Source: Spongospora subterranea f. sp. subterranea | Taxonomy: Eukaryota | Length of the DNA stretch: 64,000 nucleotides | Direction of reading: 5' to 3' | NCBI GenBank assembly: GCA_049724395.1 | Contig: JAUGWO010000131.1 | Location: forward strand, 1 to 64,000 | In this document: piece by piece, positions 63,351-64,000 of the stretch | Numbering within the stretch: position 1 is the first letter of the stretch | Layout: every line of letters starts with the position of its first letter | The notes under the pieces: generated by a model | The model's database searches: none | Told to the model about the DNA's origin: nothing | The model's input: the letters and a program-made list of their open reading frames with translations, nothing else | Translations under genes and position numbers: made by a program

Positions 63351-64000
63351 CTATTTTAATCTAACTTGTGCTGACAAATGCTTCATATATTGAGAGTACC
63401 CATGAACCTACAAAGTTCAATCAATTAACCGTATTATTTATAGAGTGAAATTTCAGCTCTTTATGATGGCGGGCCCACTCTCCTTACCTGTTTAAACACT
63501 ATCAACATATGTTGCCGAACCTGTCTGCAACTACTTCTACCTTCTCGCTTCGATATATCTCTTTGAGCATGTTACATTTTTGTTCAGAAAGTATAGTACG
63601 GCGACTGAGCTCCAGCACAACACGTCGTTTTCGTAAAATAAAACGCCCTTCTATGTGAAAGGTGCTTCCATGTTCGTCCGATTGCTCTGCAAACGACAGG
63701 TCCTTTTGCAAAATTGTTGATTGACTTGACATAGTTGTGCTCTAGATCTCAGAAAAACTGTTTGCTTGCATTGCGAGCGGATTATTCGCACGATAAGAAA
63801 CGAATACAAGTCATTTTGTCTCAGATCATAAAACTTGTTGATCATGCGTTTTATGATCACAATCTATTACAGTATTGCTAATACAGTACAAAAACAGAAA
63901 AAGCGGACAATAACGCTGAAATCATGATCTTGATAGAATCTGCAAACGTAAATTGATAAGTGCAGAAAAGGTAACAGACCGTATCTAGACAGTTTCAGTC

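Overview
This is a gene-dense eukaryotic (protist-like) window with many short GT-AG introns of about 40-70 nt. The style fits a plasmodiophorid/Rhizaria-type genome, but the sequence alone cannot establish taxonomy. All protein and family assignments were made by eye from motifs; no searches were run. From about 9 kb to 64 kb it is mostly housekeeping genes: DCAF15-like, fibrillarin, histidine acid phosphatase, RRM protein, DH-PH RhoGEF, WD40 protein, two type II PI4-kinase paralogs, NDUFB11-like, L51/S25/CI-B8 protein, ankyrin protein, NIPA Mg transporter, ATP synthase g, V-ATPase c, HSD17B10-like SDR, G-alpha, DJ-1, eIF2-alpha kinase-like, DDX54 and an androglobin-like gene. Two degenerate transposon islands lie at about 1-8.3 kb and 24.4-27.4 kb, and a large foldback sits at 39.0-40.0 kb. 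The strongest novelty candidate is at 1-5.8 kb, a scrambled mosaic of what look like at least two divergent copies of a DNA-transposon-like element. In it a spliced RAD52-family annealase gene sits head-to-head with a GCM zinc-finger gene, and a USP-like peptidase His-box lies downstream. Other notable items are recurrent foldback inversions inside TE fragments, an androglobin homolog that seems to lack its globin domain, and a plant-type DD39D mariner relic.
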